Positions 1-10,051 of a stretch of DNA of 64,000 nt are shown here, one piece after another. Both the position numbers and the translations under genes were made by a program. The notes under the pieces were generated by a model, which had not been told where the DNA came from, searched no databases, and saw nothing but the letters and a program-made list of their open reading frames with translations. Location of the stretch: contig JAAYEC010000040.1 of the NCBI GenBank assembly GCA_012728915.1, positions 42,617-106,616 of the forward strand, written 5' to 3'. The stretch's first letter is position 1, and every line of letters starts with the position of its first letter. The DNA is from Deltaproteobacteria bacterium (GTDB taxonomy: Bacteria > Desulfobacterota > Syntrophia > Syntrophales > UBA2192).

Positions 1-2
1 AG

Positions 3-2306
3 TCCGACATCCTCAACCTGCGCGACCGGGGCGCCGACGGCACGGAAAAGACAGCCGTTTCCGCCGTCGACGACTCGATCCGGGTCCACTCCTGCCACAG
101 CCCCATGCGCGAGGTCGAGGTCCTCCAGGACCGGATCCTCGAGATGCTCGACCGCGACCCGACGCTCACGCCGGCCGACATCCTGGTGATGACGCCCGAG
201 ATCGAGAGCTACGCCCCCTTCATCGAGGCCGCCTTTTCCGTGCCTCGCGGCGACAGGCGCCGCATCCCCTTCAGCGTCGCGGACCGTGGCCTGCGCAGGC
301 AGAGCACGCTGGCGGACGCGTTCCTCCGCCTCCTCGATCTCGAGGGAAGCCGGATGGGCGCCACGGAAGTGGCCGCTTTCCTCGAGACGGACTCCCTGAG
401 GCGGCGGTTCGGCCTGGGGGCCGACGATCCGGCCCTCATTCACCGGTGGATCCGCGACACCGGCATCCGGTGGGGCGTGGACGGGTCGAGCCGCCGGCAG
501 CAGGGCCTCCCGGCGTTTTCGGAAAACACCTGGCAGGCGGGGATCGACCGGCTGCTCCTCGGGGTTGCCCTGCCGGCCAGGGGGGACGGGGTTTTCATGG
601 GCATCGCCCCCCACGAGGGGGTGGCCGAGGGGGAGGCATCGACGCTCGGCTCGTTCCTTGCTTTTCTGGACAAGCTCTTCGCCTTCGCCCGGTCCCTCGA
701 GGAGCCCCGGGACCTTGCTGGGTGGGCCTCCCACCTCGGGGCCGCCCTCGACGAGTTCTTCCTGCCCGAGGGGGGCGAGGAAGACGAGGCACAGGTGCTG
801 CGCCGGGCGCTTGCCGGGATGGCGCGGCGGCAGGAGCAGTCCGGTTTCGACGGGAAGTTCGGCGCCGGTGTCCTGAAGGCCTGCCTCGAGGAAGCGCTCC
901 AGGAAACGGGGACGGCCTCGGGCTTTCTCACGGGCGGCGTCACGTTCTGCGCCATGCTCCCCATGCGGAGCATTCCCTTCCGGGTGGTCTGCCTCATCGG
1001 CCTGGACGACGCGGCCTACCCGAGGCAGACAGCCGCGCCCGGCTTCGACCTGATGCGGGAGCGCCCTCGACCGGGCGACCGGTCGCGCCGCCTCGACGAC
1101 CGCTACCTCTTTCTCGAGGCGCTCCTGTCGGCCCGGGAGAAGCTCTGCATCAGCTACACGGGGCAGAGCATCCAGGACAACAGCGAGCGGCCGCCGTCGG
1201 TTGTCGTGAGCGAGCTGCTCGACTATGTCGAGCAGGGCTTCGAGATCCCGGGCATGGCAGACATCCGAGACGCGCTCGTCGTGAAGCACCGGCTGCAGGC
1301 CTTCAGCCCTGAATACTTCCGGGGGGGCGCGCTCTACAGCTACTCCGCCGAAAATGCCGCCGGGGCGGCGGCGTCCGTGGCCGCACCCCGCCCGAAGACG
1401 CCCTTTATCGCCTCGCCCCTTTCCGAACCGCCGCCCGCGTGGAGGACCGTTGACGTCCATGCCCTTGTCCGGTTCTTCGCCAACCCTGCCCGCCACCTCC
1501 TCACCCGCAGACTGGGGCTCCGTCTCGACGAGGCGGGGGCGCTCCTGTCCGACGTGGAGCCCATGGGGATCGAGGGCCTCGAAAAATACGAGCTGGGCGA
1601 GCGGCTCGCGGCCCGCTGCATCGAGGGACTCGAGGCGCGGGAGCTGATGCCCGCGGCGAGGGCGCTGGGGACCCTCCCGCCGGGAATGCCCGGGGAGTGC
1701 TGGTTCCAGGAGCTCTGCACGGGAGCGGATGCCTTCGCCGCCCGCGTGAGGCCGCACCTGCGGGGCGAGCCCCTGGGGACGATCGATCTGGACTGCGCAC
1801 TGGGGCCCTTCCGGCTCACGGGGCGGCTTCCGCTCGGAATGCCGTCGGGCCTTGTCCACTACCGGTTTGCGGCGGTCCGGTCGAGAGACCTGCTGCGCGC
1901 CTGGATCCATCACCTCGCCCTCGGCGCCGGGGCGGGGGAGCGCTACCCGGGGCGCTGTGTGGTCCTGGGCAGGGAGGAGGGCTATGCCTTCGGACCCGTC
2001 GAGGGCCGGGAGCGCCTCCTGGAGGATCTGCTGGAAACTTACTGGTGCGGCCTGACGATGCCCCTGCCGTTTTTCCCCGAGACGGCCCGCGTCTACGTGT
2101 CGCGGCTCCTCAAGGGAAAGACCGGCGATGAGGCCCTGAGGGATGCGGGCCGGACCTGGGCGCCGGAGCGCGGGTACGCCGAGGGGCAGGACCCGTATTT
2201 CCGCTTCTGTTTCGGCGGTGGGAAGGAAGCGCTGGACGACAGGTTCCGGGAGCTTGCCGGGGCCATCCTGGGGCCCCTGCTCGAGCATGCCGGGGAGGTG
2301 CGCTGA
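3..2306 (+). CDS. recC: Exodeoxyribonuclease V gamma subunit RecC, C-terminal part (5' end lies upstream of the window)
   Basis: The frame of ORF 105..2306 is open back to nt 3. The translation reads ...IRVHSCHSPMREVEVLQDRILEML..., which I recognise as RecC-like. The stop TGA (2304-2306) lies 1 nt before the recB ATG. Gene order is the canonical recC-recB-recD. Confidence 0.85.
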   Translation, partial: SDILNLRDRGADGTEKTAVSAVDDSIRVHSCHSPMREVEVLQDRILEMLDRDPTLTPADILVMTPEIESYAPFIEAAFSVPRGDRRRIPFSVADRGLRRQSTLADAFLRLLDLEGSRMGATEVAAFLETDSLRRRFGLGADDPALIHRWIRDTGIRWGVDGSSRRQQGLPAFSENTWQAGIDRLLLGVALPARGDGVFMGIAPHEGVAEGEASTLGSFLAFLDKLFAFARSLEEPRDLAGWASHLGAALDEFFLPEGGEEDEAQVLRRALAGMARRQEQSGFDGKFGAGVLKACLEEALQETGTASGFLTGGVTFCAMLPMRSIPFRVVCLIGLDDAAYPRQTAAPGFDLMRERPRPGDRSRRLDDRYLFLEALLSAREKLCISYTGQSIQDNSERPPSVVVSELLDYVEQGFEIPGMADIRDALVVKHRLQAFSPEYFRGGALYSYSAENAAGAAASVAAPRPKTPFIASPLSEPPPAWRTVDVHALVRFFANPARHLLTRRLGLRLDEAGALLSDVEPMGIEGLEKYELGERLAARCIEGLEARELMPAARALGTLPPGMPGECWFQELCTGADAFAARVRPHLRGEPLGTIDLDCALGPFRLTGRLPLGMPSGLVHYRFAAVRSRDLLRAWIHHLALGAGAGERYPGRCVVLGREEGYAFGPVEGRERLLEDLLETYWCGLTMPLPFFPETARVYVSRLLKGKTGDEALRDAGRTWAPERGYAEGQDPYFRFCFGGGKEALDDRFRELAGAILGPLLEHAGEVR

Positions 2307-2307
2307 G

Positions 2308-5300
2308 ATGCCCGAGGCCACAGCCCGCTTCGATCTGCTGACAAGCCCGCTCGACGGGCGGAACCTCATCGAGGCAAGCGCCGGCACGGGGAAGACCTAC
2401 GCCATCGCGGGCCTGTTCCTGCGCCTGATCGTGGAGAAGCGCCTGGCGCCCTCGGATATCCTCGTCGTGACCTACACGGTGGCGGCCACGGAGGAGCTGC
2501 GCGACCGGATCCGGAAGATGATCCGGGAGGCACTGGGCGTGCTCGCCGGGAAGGGGACGGACAAGGCCTTCCTCGCGGATTTCACCCGCGGGCTTGCCGA
2601 CCCGAAGGATGCCCGGGACCGGCTGCGCGAGGCCTTGCGTGGGTTCGACGAGGCCCCTGTCTTTACGATCCACTCCTTCTGCCGGCGGATGCTCTCCGAG
2701 AACGCCTTCGAGAGCGGCAGCCCCTTCGACACGGAGCTGCTGCCCGACGAGCGCCTGCTGCGGGAGGAGATCGTCCGCGATTTCTGGCGTCGCCACTTCT
2801 ACGAGGCGCCCCCCGAGTTCATCCTCTACGCGCGGGAGCGCTTCAAGGGCCCGGCATCGTTTCTTTCCCTGCTTCGGGCGGCGCCCTTCCGTCACGACGC
2901 GAGGATTCTCCCCGAGGCCCTCCCCGAGGCCCTGACGGGTCTCGAAGCGCTGCGGGACGGATTCGCCCGCCTGCGCCGCTCCTGGCCGAAGAGCCGCGCG
3001 GGGGTGGAGAGGGCCCTCCGGGAAGGGTCCCTGAACCGGACGAAGTACGGCAAGCCGGAGCACCTCCTGGAGGCCATGGATGCCTTCCTGGCCCGCCCTT
3101 GGGCGGCGCTGCCCCTGTCGGAGGAGCTGATGAAGTTCAGCCCCGCCGTGCTGGCCGGGGCCGTGAAGAAGAACGGCATCGTCCCGGCCCATCGGTTCTT
3201 CGACCGTTTCGCGGAGTTCGAGGGCGCGGCCCGGGACGCCTCCGTCGGGATGGAGGGGCACGTCCGCTTCCTGCGCTGCGAGCTGTTCCGGTACGTGAGG
3301 CAGGAGCTGGCTGCACGGAAGCGGCGGCGCAACCTGCGCTCCTACGACGACCTTCTGGCCGATCTGCGGGAGGCGCTCCGGTCAGAGGGCACGGGCGCCC
3401 TTGCCGGGGCCATACGGAAGAAATACAGGGCGGCGCTGGTCGACGAGTTCCAGGACACGGACCCCGTGCAGTTCGCCATCCTCGAGTCCGTTTTCGGGCA
3501 GGGCGAGGCGGCGCTCTTCCTCATCGGCGACCCGAAGCAGGCGATCTACAGCTTTCGCGGGGCTGACCTCTTCGCCTACATCCGCGCCGCCTCCTGCGTG
3601 GAGAGACGTTACACGCTCGCCGAGAACTGGCGCTCGGAGCCGGGGCTCGTCCGCGCCGTCAACAGCCTGTTCGCGCGGCCGGAGCACCCGTTTCTCTACG
3701 AGGCCGTTCCCTTCGAAGAGGCGCGGGCGGCTGTCCGCCAGGTCCCCGTGCTGACGGCCGGCGGGCGCGCCGAGCCCCCACTGAAGATCTGGACCCTCGA
3801 CGGCGGCGGGAGGGTGACCGTCGAGCAGGCCCGGGAGCGCATCCGCCGGGCCGTGGCGGCCGAGGCCGCGCGGCTCATCGAGGCGGGGCGGCGGGGCGAG
3901 TGCCGGATCGGGGACAGGCGCCTGCGGGAGGCCGACATCGCCGTCCTCGTGCGCACGAACAGGGAGGCCCTGCTCGTGCAGGAGGCCCTCTCCGAGCTTG
4001 GCGTCCACAGTGTCCTCTATACCACGGGCAACCTCTTCGACACCGAGGAGGCCCGCCAGATGGAGCTGGTGATACGGGCCGTCGCGGAGCCGAACGACGA
4101 GGCGGCCGTCCGGACGGCGCTCGCCACCGGCCTGATGGGGATGGACGGAGGCGCGATCGAGAGGCTCATGGGCGAGGGCGCGGCGTGGGAGGAGAGGATC
4201 CGGCGGTTCCACGACTGGCATGACCTGTGGGAGCGCCACGGCTTTTTCGTCATGTTCCGGGGTCTCCTGCAGGCCGAGGGGGTCAGGGAGCGGCTGCTGT
4301 CCCTCCCGGGGGGCGAGCGCAGCCTCACCAACGTCCTGCACCTGGCCGAGGTGCTCCACGGCGAGGAGTCTCACCGCCGCCCCGGCATGGGCGGGCTCAT
4401 CCAGTGGCTCGCGACGCAGCGCGACGACGAGACGCCGAGGCTCGAGGAGCACCAGCTCCGGCTCGAGAGCGACGCCGACGCCGTGAAGGTCGTCACGATC
4501 CACAAAAGCAAGGGGCTCGAGTACCCCGTCGTGTTCTGCCCCTTCAACTGGGGGTCGTCCCGCGTGCGGCGGGACGTCTACAGCTTCCACGACGAGGGGG
4601 ACGGCTGGCAGCTCAACGTGGCGCTGGAGGATGCCGGCGAAGACGCCCGCCGGGCGGCGGAGCGGGAACAGCTCGCCGAGAACGTCCGCCTGCTCTACGT
4701 GTCCGTGACGCGGGCGAAGAACCGGTGCTATCTCGTCTGGGGGCCCATCAACAGGTCGGAGACCTCTTCGCTGGCCTGGATCCTTCACGGGCCGAAGGGC
4801 GGCCCGTCGTCCGCCGTCGACGACACGGCGGCCCGCGTCGGCGCCATGGACGGGGAGAGCCTGAGGAGCGAGCTGCAGGCCGTCGCCGCCGCCTCGGGCG
4901 GGACCGTCGAGGCCGGACCGATGCCCGAGACGCCGGCCCGCGTCATCCTTCCCGTCGAAGGCCGGACGGGGCCGCTCCGGGCGCGCGAGTTCTCCCGGGA
5001 GGCGGGGCGCGCCTTCGAGATCGCCAGCTTCTCGTCCCTCGTCGAGGATGCGGGCCGCGGGGCGGCCCCCGGGGACGACGCCGCGGAGCTTCCCGACCAC
5101 GACGAGAGGACGCCCGGGCGCGGCGGCGGCGAGACGGGGGATCTGCAGGGAATCTTCGCCTTCCCCCGCGGGCCGCGGGCGGGCAAGTGCCTTCATGCCG
5201 TCTTCGAGCGGCTCGACTTTGCCGACGCGGGCCGCGGCACCGTCGCCGGCATCGTCGGGGAGGCGCTCGCGGAGTACGGCTACGGGGCGCATTGGTCGGA

Positions 5301-5898
5301 CGACCTGTGCGACATGATCGGCCGGGTCGTCGCGGCGCCCCTCGAGGCGGCCCGGGGTGTCCGTCTCGAGGGCCTTCCCCGCGAGAGGTGCCTGCACGAG
5401 CTGGGCTTCACCTTTCCCCTCAGGCCCCTCACCCCCGCGGCGCTCGGGGATCTTTTCGCCGGGGCCGCGGGCGGCGCGGGCGACATCCCGGAACGGATCG
5501 GCTCGCTCCGCTTCCGGCCCGTCGAAGGCTTCATGAAGGGGTTCATCGATCTTGTGTTCGAGCACGGCGGACGGTACTACCTCGTCGACTGGAAGTCCAA
5601 CCATCTGGGGAGCCGCCCCGAGGACTACGGGGCGGAGGCCCTGGCGTCGGTCATGCGGGAGGAACTCTATGTCCTTCAGTATCATCTCTATACGGTGGCC
5701 CTTCACGAGTACTTGAAGGGCCGGCTGAAGGACTACGACTACGACAGGCACGTCGGCGGGGTCTTTTACGTGTTCCTGCGCGGCGTGGACCCCGCGCGGG
5801 GGACCGGCGGCATCTTCCGCGACCGGCCCGCGCGGCGGCTCATCGAGACCCTTTCGGACGGGCTCGTGGCCGGGCCCGGGAAGGACAGGGCGCCATGA
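2308..5898 (+). CDS. recB: Exodeoxyribonuclease V beta subunit RecB (UvrD-type helicase plus PD-(D/E)xK nuclease)
   Basis: Start ATG at 2308 (MPEATARFDLL...); the listed start at 2143 is an upstream extension that overlaps recC. Motifs: Walker A EASAGTGKTYAIAG, VDEFQDTDPVQ, and the C-terminal nuclease motif GFIDLVFEHGGRYYLVDWKSN. Confidence 0.9.
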   Translation: MPEATARFDLLTSPLDGRNLIEASAGTGKTYAIAGLFLRLIVEKRLAPSDILVVTYTVAATEELRDRIRKMIREALGVLAGKGTDKAFLADFTRGLADPKDARDRLREALRGFDEAPVFTIHSFCRRMLSENAFESGSPFDTELLPDERLLREEIVRDFWRRHFYEAPPEFILYARERFKGPASFLSLLRAAPFRHDARILPEALPEALTGLEALRDGFARLRRSWPKSRAGVERALREGSLNRTKYGKPEHLLEAMDAFLARPWAALPLSEELMKFSPAVLAGAVKKNGIVPAHRFFDRFAEFEGAARDASVGMEGHVRFLRCELFRYVRQELAARKRRRNLRSYDDLLADLREALRSEGTGALAGAIRKKYRAALVDEFQDTDPVQFAILESVFGQGEAALFLIGDPKQAIYSFRGADLFAYIRAASCVERRYTLAENWRSEPGLVRAVNSLFARPEHPFLYEAVPFEEARAAVRQVPVLTAGGRAEPPLKIWTLDGGGRVTVEQARERIRRAVAAEAARLIEAGRRGECRIGDRRLREADIAVLVRTNREALLVQEALSELGVHSVLYTTGNLFDTEEARQMELVIRAVAEPNDEAAVRTALATGLMGMDGGAIERLMGEGAAWEERIRRFHDWHDLWERHGFFVMFRGLLQAEGVRERLLSLPGGERSLTNVLHLAEVLHGEESHRRPGMGGLIQWLATQRDDETPRLEEHQLRLESDADAVKVVTIHKSKGLEYPVVFCPFNWGSSRVRRDVYSFHDEGDGWQLNVALEDAGEDARRAAEREQLAENVRLLYVSVTRAKNRCYLVWGPINRSETSSLAWILHGPKGGPSSAVDDTAARVGAMDGESLRSELQAVAAASGGTVEAGPMPETPARVILPVEGRTGPLRAREFSREAGRAFEIASFSSLVEDAGRGAAPGDDAAELPDHDERTPGRGGGETGDLQGIFAFPRGPRAGKCLHAVFERLDFADAGRGTVAGIVGEALAEYGYGAHWSDDLCDMIGRVVAAPLEAARGVRLEGLPRERCLHELGFTFPLRPLTPAALGDLFAGAAGGAGDIPERIGSLRFRPVEGFMKGFIDLVFEHGGRYYLVDWKSNHLGSRPEDYGAEALASVMREELYVLQYHLYTVALHEYLKGRLKDYDYDRHVGGVFYVFLRGVDPARGTGGIFRDRPARRLIETLSDGLVAGPGKDRAP

Positions 5899-7739
5899 AA
5901 CCGGGAATCGTCGACAGCCTGCTTGCCGCAGGCGCCGTCTCGAATCTCGACCGCTGCTTCGCGCTGCTCATGGCGCGGCTTGCGGGGTCGGAAGACGGGG
6001 CCCTGGCGCTTGCCGCCGCCCTGGTGAGCCGCGCCTCTGCCGAGGGCAACATCTGCCTCGACCTTGCGGGGCTCGCCGGCGGGCCGGCCGCGGAGGGCGA
6101 GGCCTCGCCCCGCTGCCCCGCGTTGAAGCCGTGGATTTCCGCGCTTCGGCAGTCGGCCGTCGTCGGCGCTCCCGGCGAGTGGCGTCCGCTCGTCCTCGAC
6201 GGCAGCCGCCTGTACCTCCACCGGCACTGGGATGCCGAGCAGGGGCTGGCGCGCTTCCTTCGAGAGCGCCTGTCGGGCCCGCTGCCCGCCGTCGACGTCG
6301 CGCGGCTCCGGGAGGGGATCGAGCGGCTTTTCCGGCGCGGCGGCGAGGAGACGGACTGGCAGAGGGTTGCCGCGGCTGTGGCCGTCCTGCAGCCGTTCTG
6401 CGTCATCACGGGCGGACCCGGGACGGGGAAGACGACGACCGCGGCGGGCATTCTTGCGCTGCTCCTGGAGCAGTCGGAGGGCAGGCCCGCACGGATCGCC
6501 CTGGCCGCCCCGACGGGCAAGGCGGCCGCCCGGCTCCAGGAGGCCATCCGCGAGTCCGCCGGGCGGATCGCCGCCCCGGAGGCCGTCCGCGAGACGCTTG
6601 CGGCCATGGAGGCCTCCACCCTTCACCGCCTGCTCGGCCGCCGCGCCGGATCGCCCCCGCGCGGCCGGGACGAGGGGGAGCCGCTGCCCTTCGACGCGGT
6701 CCTGGTGGACGAGGCCTCGATGGTCTCCCTCCAGCTCCTGTACGGCCTGGTGAGAACCCTGTCCGTGGATGCGCGGCTCATCCTCCTGGGCGACCGGGAC
6801 CAGCTGGCCTCGGTCGAGGCCGGCGCCGTACTCGGGGATCTCTGCGGACAGCGACGCGATCGTCCCTACTCGGTACCCGCCGGCGAGGCGATCGCCCGGG
6901 CAAGCGGCGAGACTGTGCCGCTCCCGGCGGACGGAGAGAGCCCGTCCCCCGTGGGCGACTGCATCGTCGAGCTCAGGCGCAACTGGCGCTTCGGGGCCGA
7001 AAGCGGGATCGGCGAACTCTCCCGGGCCGTCCGGGACGGCAGCCGGGAAGAGGCGCTTTCGATCCTGGAGGGCGGCGGGCGCGGTGATCTCGGGTTCCGG
7101 CCCGTTCCCCGGCCCCGCGATCTGTCCCGGGCGCTGAGGGATATCGTGACAGCCGGTTACGGGGATTACATGCAGGGAGACGGGCCGGCGGAGATCTTCT
7201 TGCGGTTCAACCGTTTTCGGATCCTCTGCGCCCTGCGGGAGGGGCTCTGGTCCGTCGGCGCCCTCAATGCGGCCGTGCAGGCGATTCTGGCCCGCGAGGG
7301 CCGTCTGCGGCCGGGGCGCCTGTGGTACGAGGGCCGGCCCGTGATGGTGACGCGCAACGATTACGGCCTGAGGCTCTTCAACGGCGATGTCGGCATCGCC
7401 CTGGCCGACCCGGGCGCGGGCGGCGACCTGCGCGTCTTCTTCCCGGCCCCCGACGGGACCATGAGAACCTTCGAGCCCTACCGCCTGCCCGAACACGAGA
7501 CGGCCTTCGCCATGACGGTCCACAAGAGCCAGGGGACGGAGTTCGACCGGGTGCTCCTCGTCCTGCCCGAGACGGATGCGCGGGTGCTGACGAGGGAGCT
7601 GCTGTACACGGGAGTGACCCGGGCCCGCAAACGGGTAGATCTGTGGGCGGGCGGAGAGGCTCTCCGGGCGGCGCTGTCGAGGAGGATCGAGCGGGTGAGC
7701 GGTCTGAGGACCCAGTTGTGGCCCGCAGGAGACCGGTGA
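5895..7739 (+). CDS. recD: Exodeoxyribonuclease V alpha subunit RecD
   Basis: ATG at 5895 overlaps the recB stop (ATGA). Motifs: ITGGPGTGKTTT (Walker A), LVDEASMV, TVHKSQGTEF. The listed start at 4227 is a long out-of-gene extension inside recB. Confidence 0.9.
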   Translation: MKPGIVDSLLAAGAVSNLDRCFALLMARLAGSEDGALALAAALVSRASAEGNICLDLAGLAGGPAAEGEASPRCPALKPWISALRQSAVVGAPGEWRPLVLDGSRLYLHRHWDAEQGLARFLRERLSGPLPAVDVARLREGIERLFRRGGEETDWQRVAAAVAVLQPFCVITGGPGTGKTTTAAGILALLLEQSEGRPARIALAAPTGKAAARLQEAIRESAGRIAAPEAVRETLAAMEASTLHRLLGRRAGSPPRGRDEGEPLPFDAVLVDEASMVSLQLLYGLVRTLSVDARLILLGDRDQLASVEAGAVLGDLCGQRRDRPYSVPAGEAIARASGETVPLPADGESPSPVGDCIVELRRNWRFGAESGIGELSRAVRDGSREEALSILEGGGRGDLGFRPVPRPRDLSRALRDIVTAGYGDYMQGDGPAEIFLRFNRFRILCALREGLWSVGALNAAVQAILAREGRLRPGRLWYEGRPVMVTRNDYGLRLFNGDVGIALADPGAGGDLRVFFPAPDGTMRTFEPYRLPEHETAFAMTVHKSQGTEFDRVLLVLPETDARVLTRELLYTGVTRARKRVDLWAGGEALRAALSRRIERVSGLRTQLWPAGDR

Positions 7740-8172
7740 CCGGAAGGCCCCTGTCGATCCCTTGAATTGTCTTCACGCTCCGGGACCGCGAAGATCGAAA
7801 GAGCAGAAACCGGGAAGAGCGGACAGGAAAATCTTTCGTCAACGCCGCCCTTCTGCTCTTCATGCATTCCTTCCTTCGCAGCCGGCCTTTAGCGGCTCGT
7901 TGGGCGTTTTCCCACTCGACATCCATGCTATGCTCCTGCTGACACGGGTCCGTAAAACCGGCAGTGCGTCACGTTTTCTGCGATGCCAAAACGGAACGAA
8001 CGACCCGTCCGGAAGGCTTTTCCCCTCTCCGGACAGGCGCTTTGCCAACAACCACGATCCCGTCGACCCGTCGAAACGCGCATCATTCCTGACGCCTGAG
8101 ACCTGATGCCCGATACCTTCTTTTTTGGCATGAATCATGCTGATTCACCTCCTTCAGGAAGGTCTTTCAGCC

Positions 8173-8862
8173 ATGGGAGGGAACCGGGCTAAGGCCGCAC
8201 AAACCGAATTCATTCGAGAGACGTGCGCAATGGATGCTCAGACGAGAAACCAGCTGGACCGGAAATGGAAAAAGCACGCTGACGAGATCGAACTGGAGGT
8301 CATCCAGAAACTGAAGGGGAACTCCGATTACCACGTGGTCGAAGTCGTCCGTGCCTCGTTGAAGCGCTTCGGCGTGGTGAAGGCGGGCCTCAGGAAGGAC
8401 AGCTTTGTGCTGCGGATCGAAACCGCGGCGGGGTCGGACGAAGGCCGGAGGACGGCCGCCGGCTGGCTGTGCTTCGACGGCGAGCCCGACGCGCTGTTCT
8501 ACCTCTTTCACGTCTGGTTCCGGCACATCAAGACCAATATCACCGTCCTGGATGACGCCATGGCGGACACGGTGGACCTCGTGGAGAAGGCCATGGGCAT
8601 TGCCGTGCGCGAAGGCGGTTTCGGCAACGAGGTCCTCAAGGACATGATCGTCCGAGCCGTCGGCCGGCTTGCCTCCGTGTCCTTCACGGCGGGCGTCTAT
8701 CTCCATGAGGACCGGTTCGACTCGGAGGTCGCGGACGGCTGTTCGAGGCACAACGGCGTCCACGACGAGCTTGCCCACCTTGCCGCCACCGGCGCCCTCG
8801 ACGTGCAGAACCAGAAGCACCTCAAAATGCTGGAGGCGTGGATGGCAGCAAGACAGGCCTGA
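8173..8862 (+). CDS. Hypothetical protein (no recognisable domain)
   Basis: ORF 8137..8862 with protein-like composition. ATG at 8173 has AGGAAGG about 10 nt upstream. ATG at 8137 lies on top of the reverse complement of a strong SD that belongs to the opposite strand, so I prefer 8173. Function unknown. Confidence 0.5.
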   Translation: MGGNRAKAAQTEFIRETCAMDAQTRNQLDRKWKKHADEIELEVIQKLKGNSDYHVVEVVRASLKRFGVVKAGLRKDSFVLRIETAAGSDEGRRTAAGWLCFDGEPDALFYLFHVWFRHIKTNITVLDDAMADTVDLVEKAMGIAVREGGFGNEVLKDMIVRAVGRLASVSFTAGVYLHEDRFDSEVADGCSRHNGVHDELAHLAATGALDVQNQKHLKMLEAWMAARQA

Positions 8863-8915
8863 GACATCAGGCTTGCCCCCGATCCTCCCCCTTCCGCAAG
8901 AGATCGCGTTGCAAT

Positions 8916-8951
8916 GCCATGGCGGAGGAGCGAAGCGGCTCAGGCAATCCC
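8916..8951. repeat. Partial copy of a palindromic intergenic repeat element (same family as 52501..52591)
   Basis: GCCATGGCGGAGGAGCGAAGCGGCTCAGGCAATCCC matches the left arm of the element at 52501..52536 in 30 of 36 positions. It lies in the convergent intergenic gap 8863..8973. Confidence 0.45.
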
Positions 8952-8973
8952 GGATATCCTCTCCTTCCACCGG

Positions 8974-9816
8974 TCAGAGGGCACCGTCCTTTAGAAACTC
9001 CATCACCACCCGGTTGAATTCCCCCGGGTGCTCGATGTTCGGCATGTGGCCGCAGCGCTCGAAGATATGCAGGCGCGCCCCCGGGATCCGGTCTGCCGCA
9101 TCGACGCCCTGGCTCACCGGAAGGATCCGGTCCTGTCGGCCCCAGACGACAAGCGTGGGCGCAGTGAGGGCCGCGAGCCCCTCGCGGATCGCTTCCAGGA
9201 CCCCGGGCCTTGCGCCGCGCAGCGTGGCGACGGCGCGCAGGATCCCCGTGAAGGTCCGGACGGAATCGGGCCGGAAGAACAGTTCGTAGTAAAGCCGTGC
9301 GAACTCGGGTGTGATCGCTGCGGGGTCGTACACGAGACGGTGAAGAAATCGGGTGAAGACGCGCAGGGAGGGCTTAAAAAATACCCGGTCGAACCCCGGA
9401 AGAGAAGCCACGCGAAGGGGCAGGCTCACGTGCCGCCCCAGGCCGGCGCTGCTCACCAGGACGAGACGCTCCGCGCAGCCCGGGTCGTCGAGTGCGGCGC
9501 GCAGGGCAACGCCGCCGCCGAGGGAATGGCCGACAAGCGCCGCCCGCCCGATGCCGGCGGCGGACAGGAACTCCCGGATGAAGCGGGAGTAGGCGGCAGG
9601 TCCGTAATCCATCCATTCGGGCTTTTCCGTCCGGCCGAACCCGGGCAGGTCGGGGGCGAAGACGCGGTGACGCGAAGCCAGGGCCGCGATGTTGAATTGC
9701 CAGATTTCCGCCGAGGCGCCCAGCCCGTGGATCAGCACGACAGGGGGTCCCGCCTCGCCGGCAAACAGGAAGCGTGCGCGCAGGCCGTTCACATCGGCGC
9801 GGTGTTCGGAAAACAT
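8974..9816 (-). CDS. Alpha/beta-fold hydrolase
   Basis: PVVLIHGLGAS (oxyanion region), nucleophile elbow GHSLGG, and C-terminal ...CGHMPNIEHPGEF (catalytic His region). Confidence 0.85.
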   Translation of the reverse strand: MFSEHRADVNGLRARFLFAGEAGPPVVLIHGLGASAEIWQFNIAALASRHRVFAPDLPGFGRTEKPEWMDYGPAAYSRFIREFLSAAGIGRAALVGHSLGGGVALRAALDDPGCAERLVLVSSAGLGRHVSLPLRVASLPGFDRVFFKPSLRVFTRFLHRLVYDPAAITPEFARLYYELFFRPDSVRTFTGILRAVATLRGARPGVLEAIREGLAALTAPTLVVWGRQDRILPVSQGVDAADRIPGARLHIFERCGHMPNIEHPGEFNRVVMEFLKDGAL

Positions 9817-10051
9817 GGGTTCCCGTCCCCCGGATTCTCACGGCACGGACTGCCTGAGAGTTTTGGCCATTGTCCCACGAACACGTCCCGGGGAAAAGAA
9901 AAATCTGACAGCGGATCAGGAGCTTACAGTTACGCTGGACAGCCACGCGCGGGGGGAATTTTGCGATTGAAGCCGTATGGAAATCGTTCTATGATGGCGG
10001 CCCCTCACCGAGGGCGCAATCAGAAGCAGGGCATCACCACGAACGGACTGC

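Noticed and set aside
2143-2307. Upstream extensions of the listed ORFs for recB (2143), recD (4227), pgaB (32294), PAP2 (41714), thioesterase (28972), cheD (45194), OmpA-like (57514), ispH (60370) and the binding protein (54043).
   Set aside because: The extensions overlap the preceding gene or translate to low-complexity sequence. Internal ATG/GTG codons with an SD and a signal peptide or canonical N-terminus give the expected protein lengths.
3382-5751. 789-aa minus-strand ORF antisense to recB. Similar long antisense ORFs occur at 2110..3261, 5766..7523, 12930..15377, 19738..22053, 26468..28846, 30157..32481, 32495..34318, 34327..35835, 40032..42077 and 42209..43345.
   Set aside because: These are typical high-GC shadow ORFs. 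Their translations are dominated by Arg/Pro/Gly/Ala and Asp/Glu/His runs, with no recognisable motif and no SD. Each lies opposite a gene with clear family signatures.
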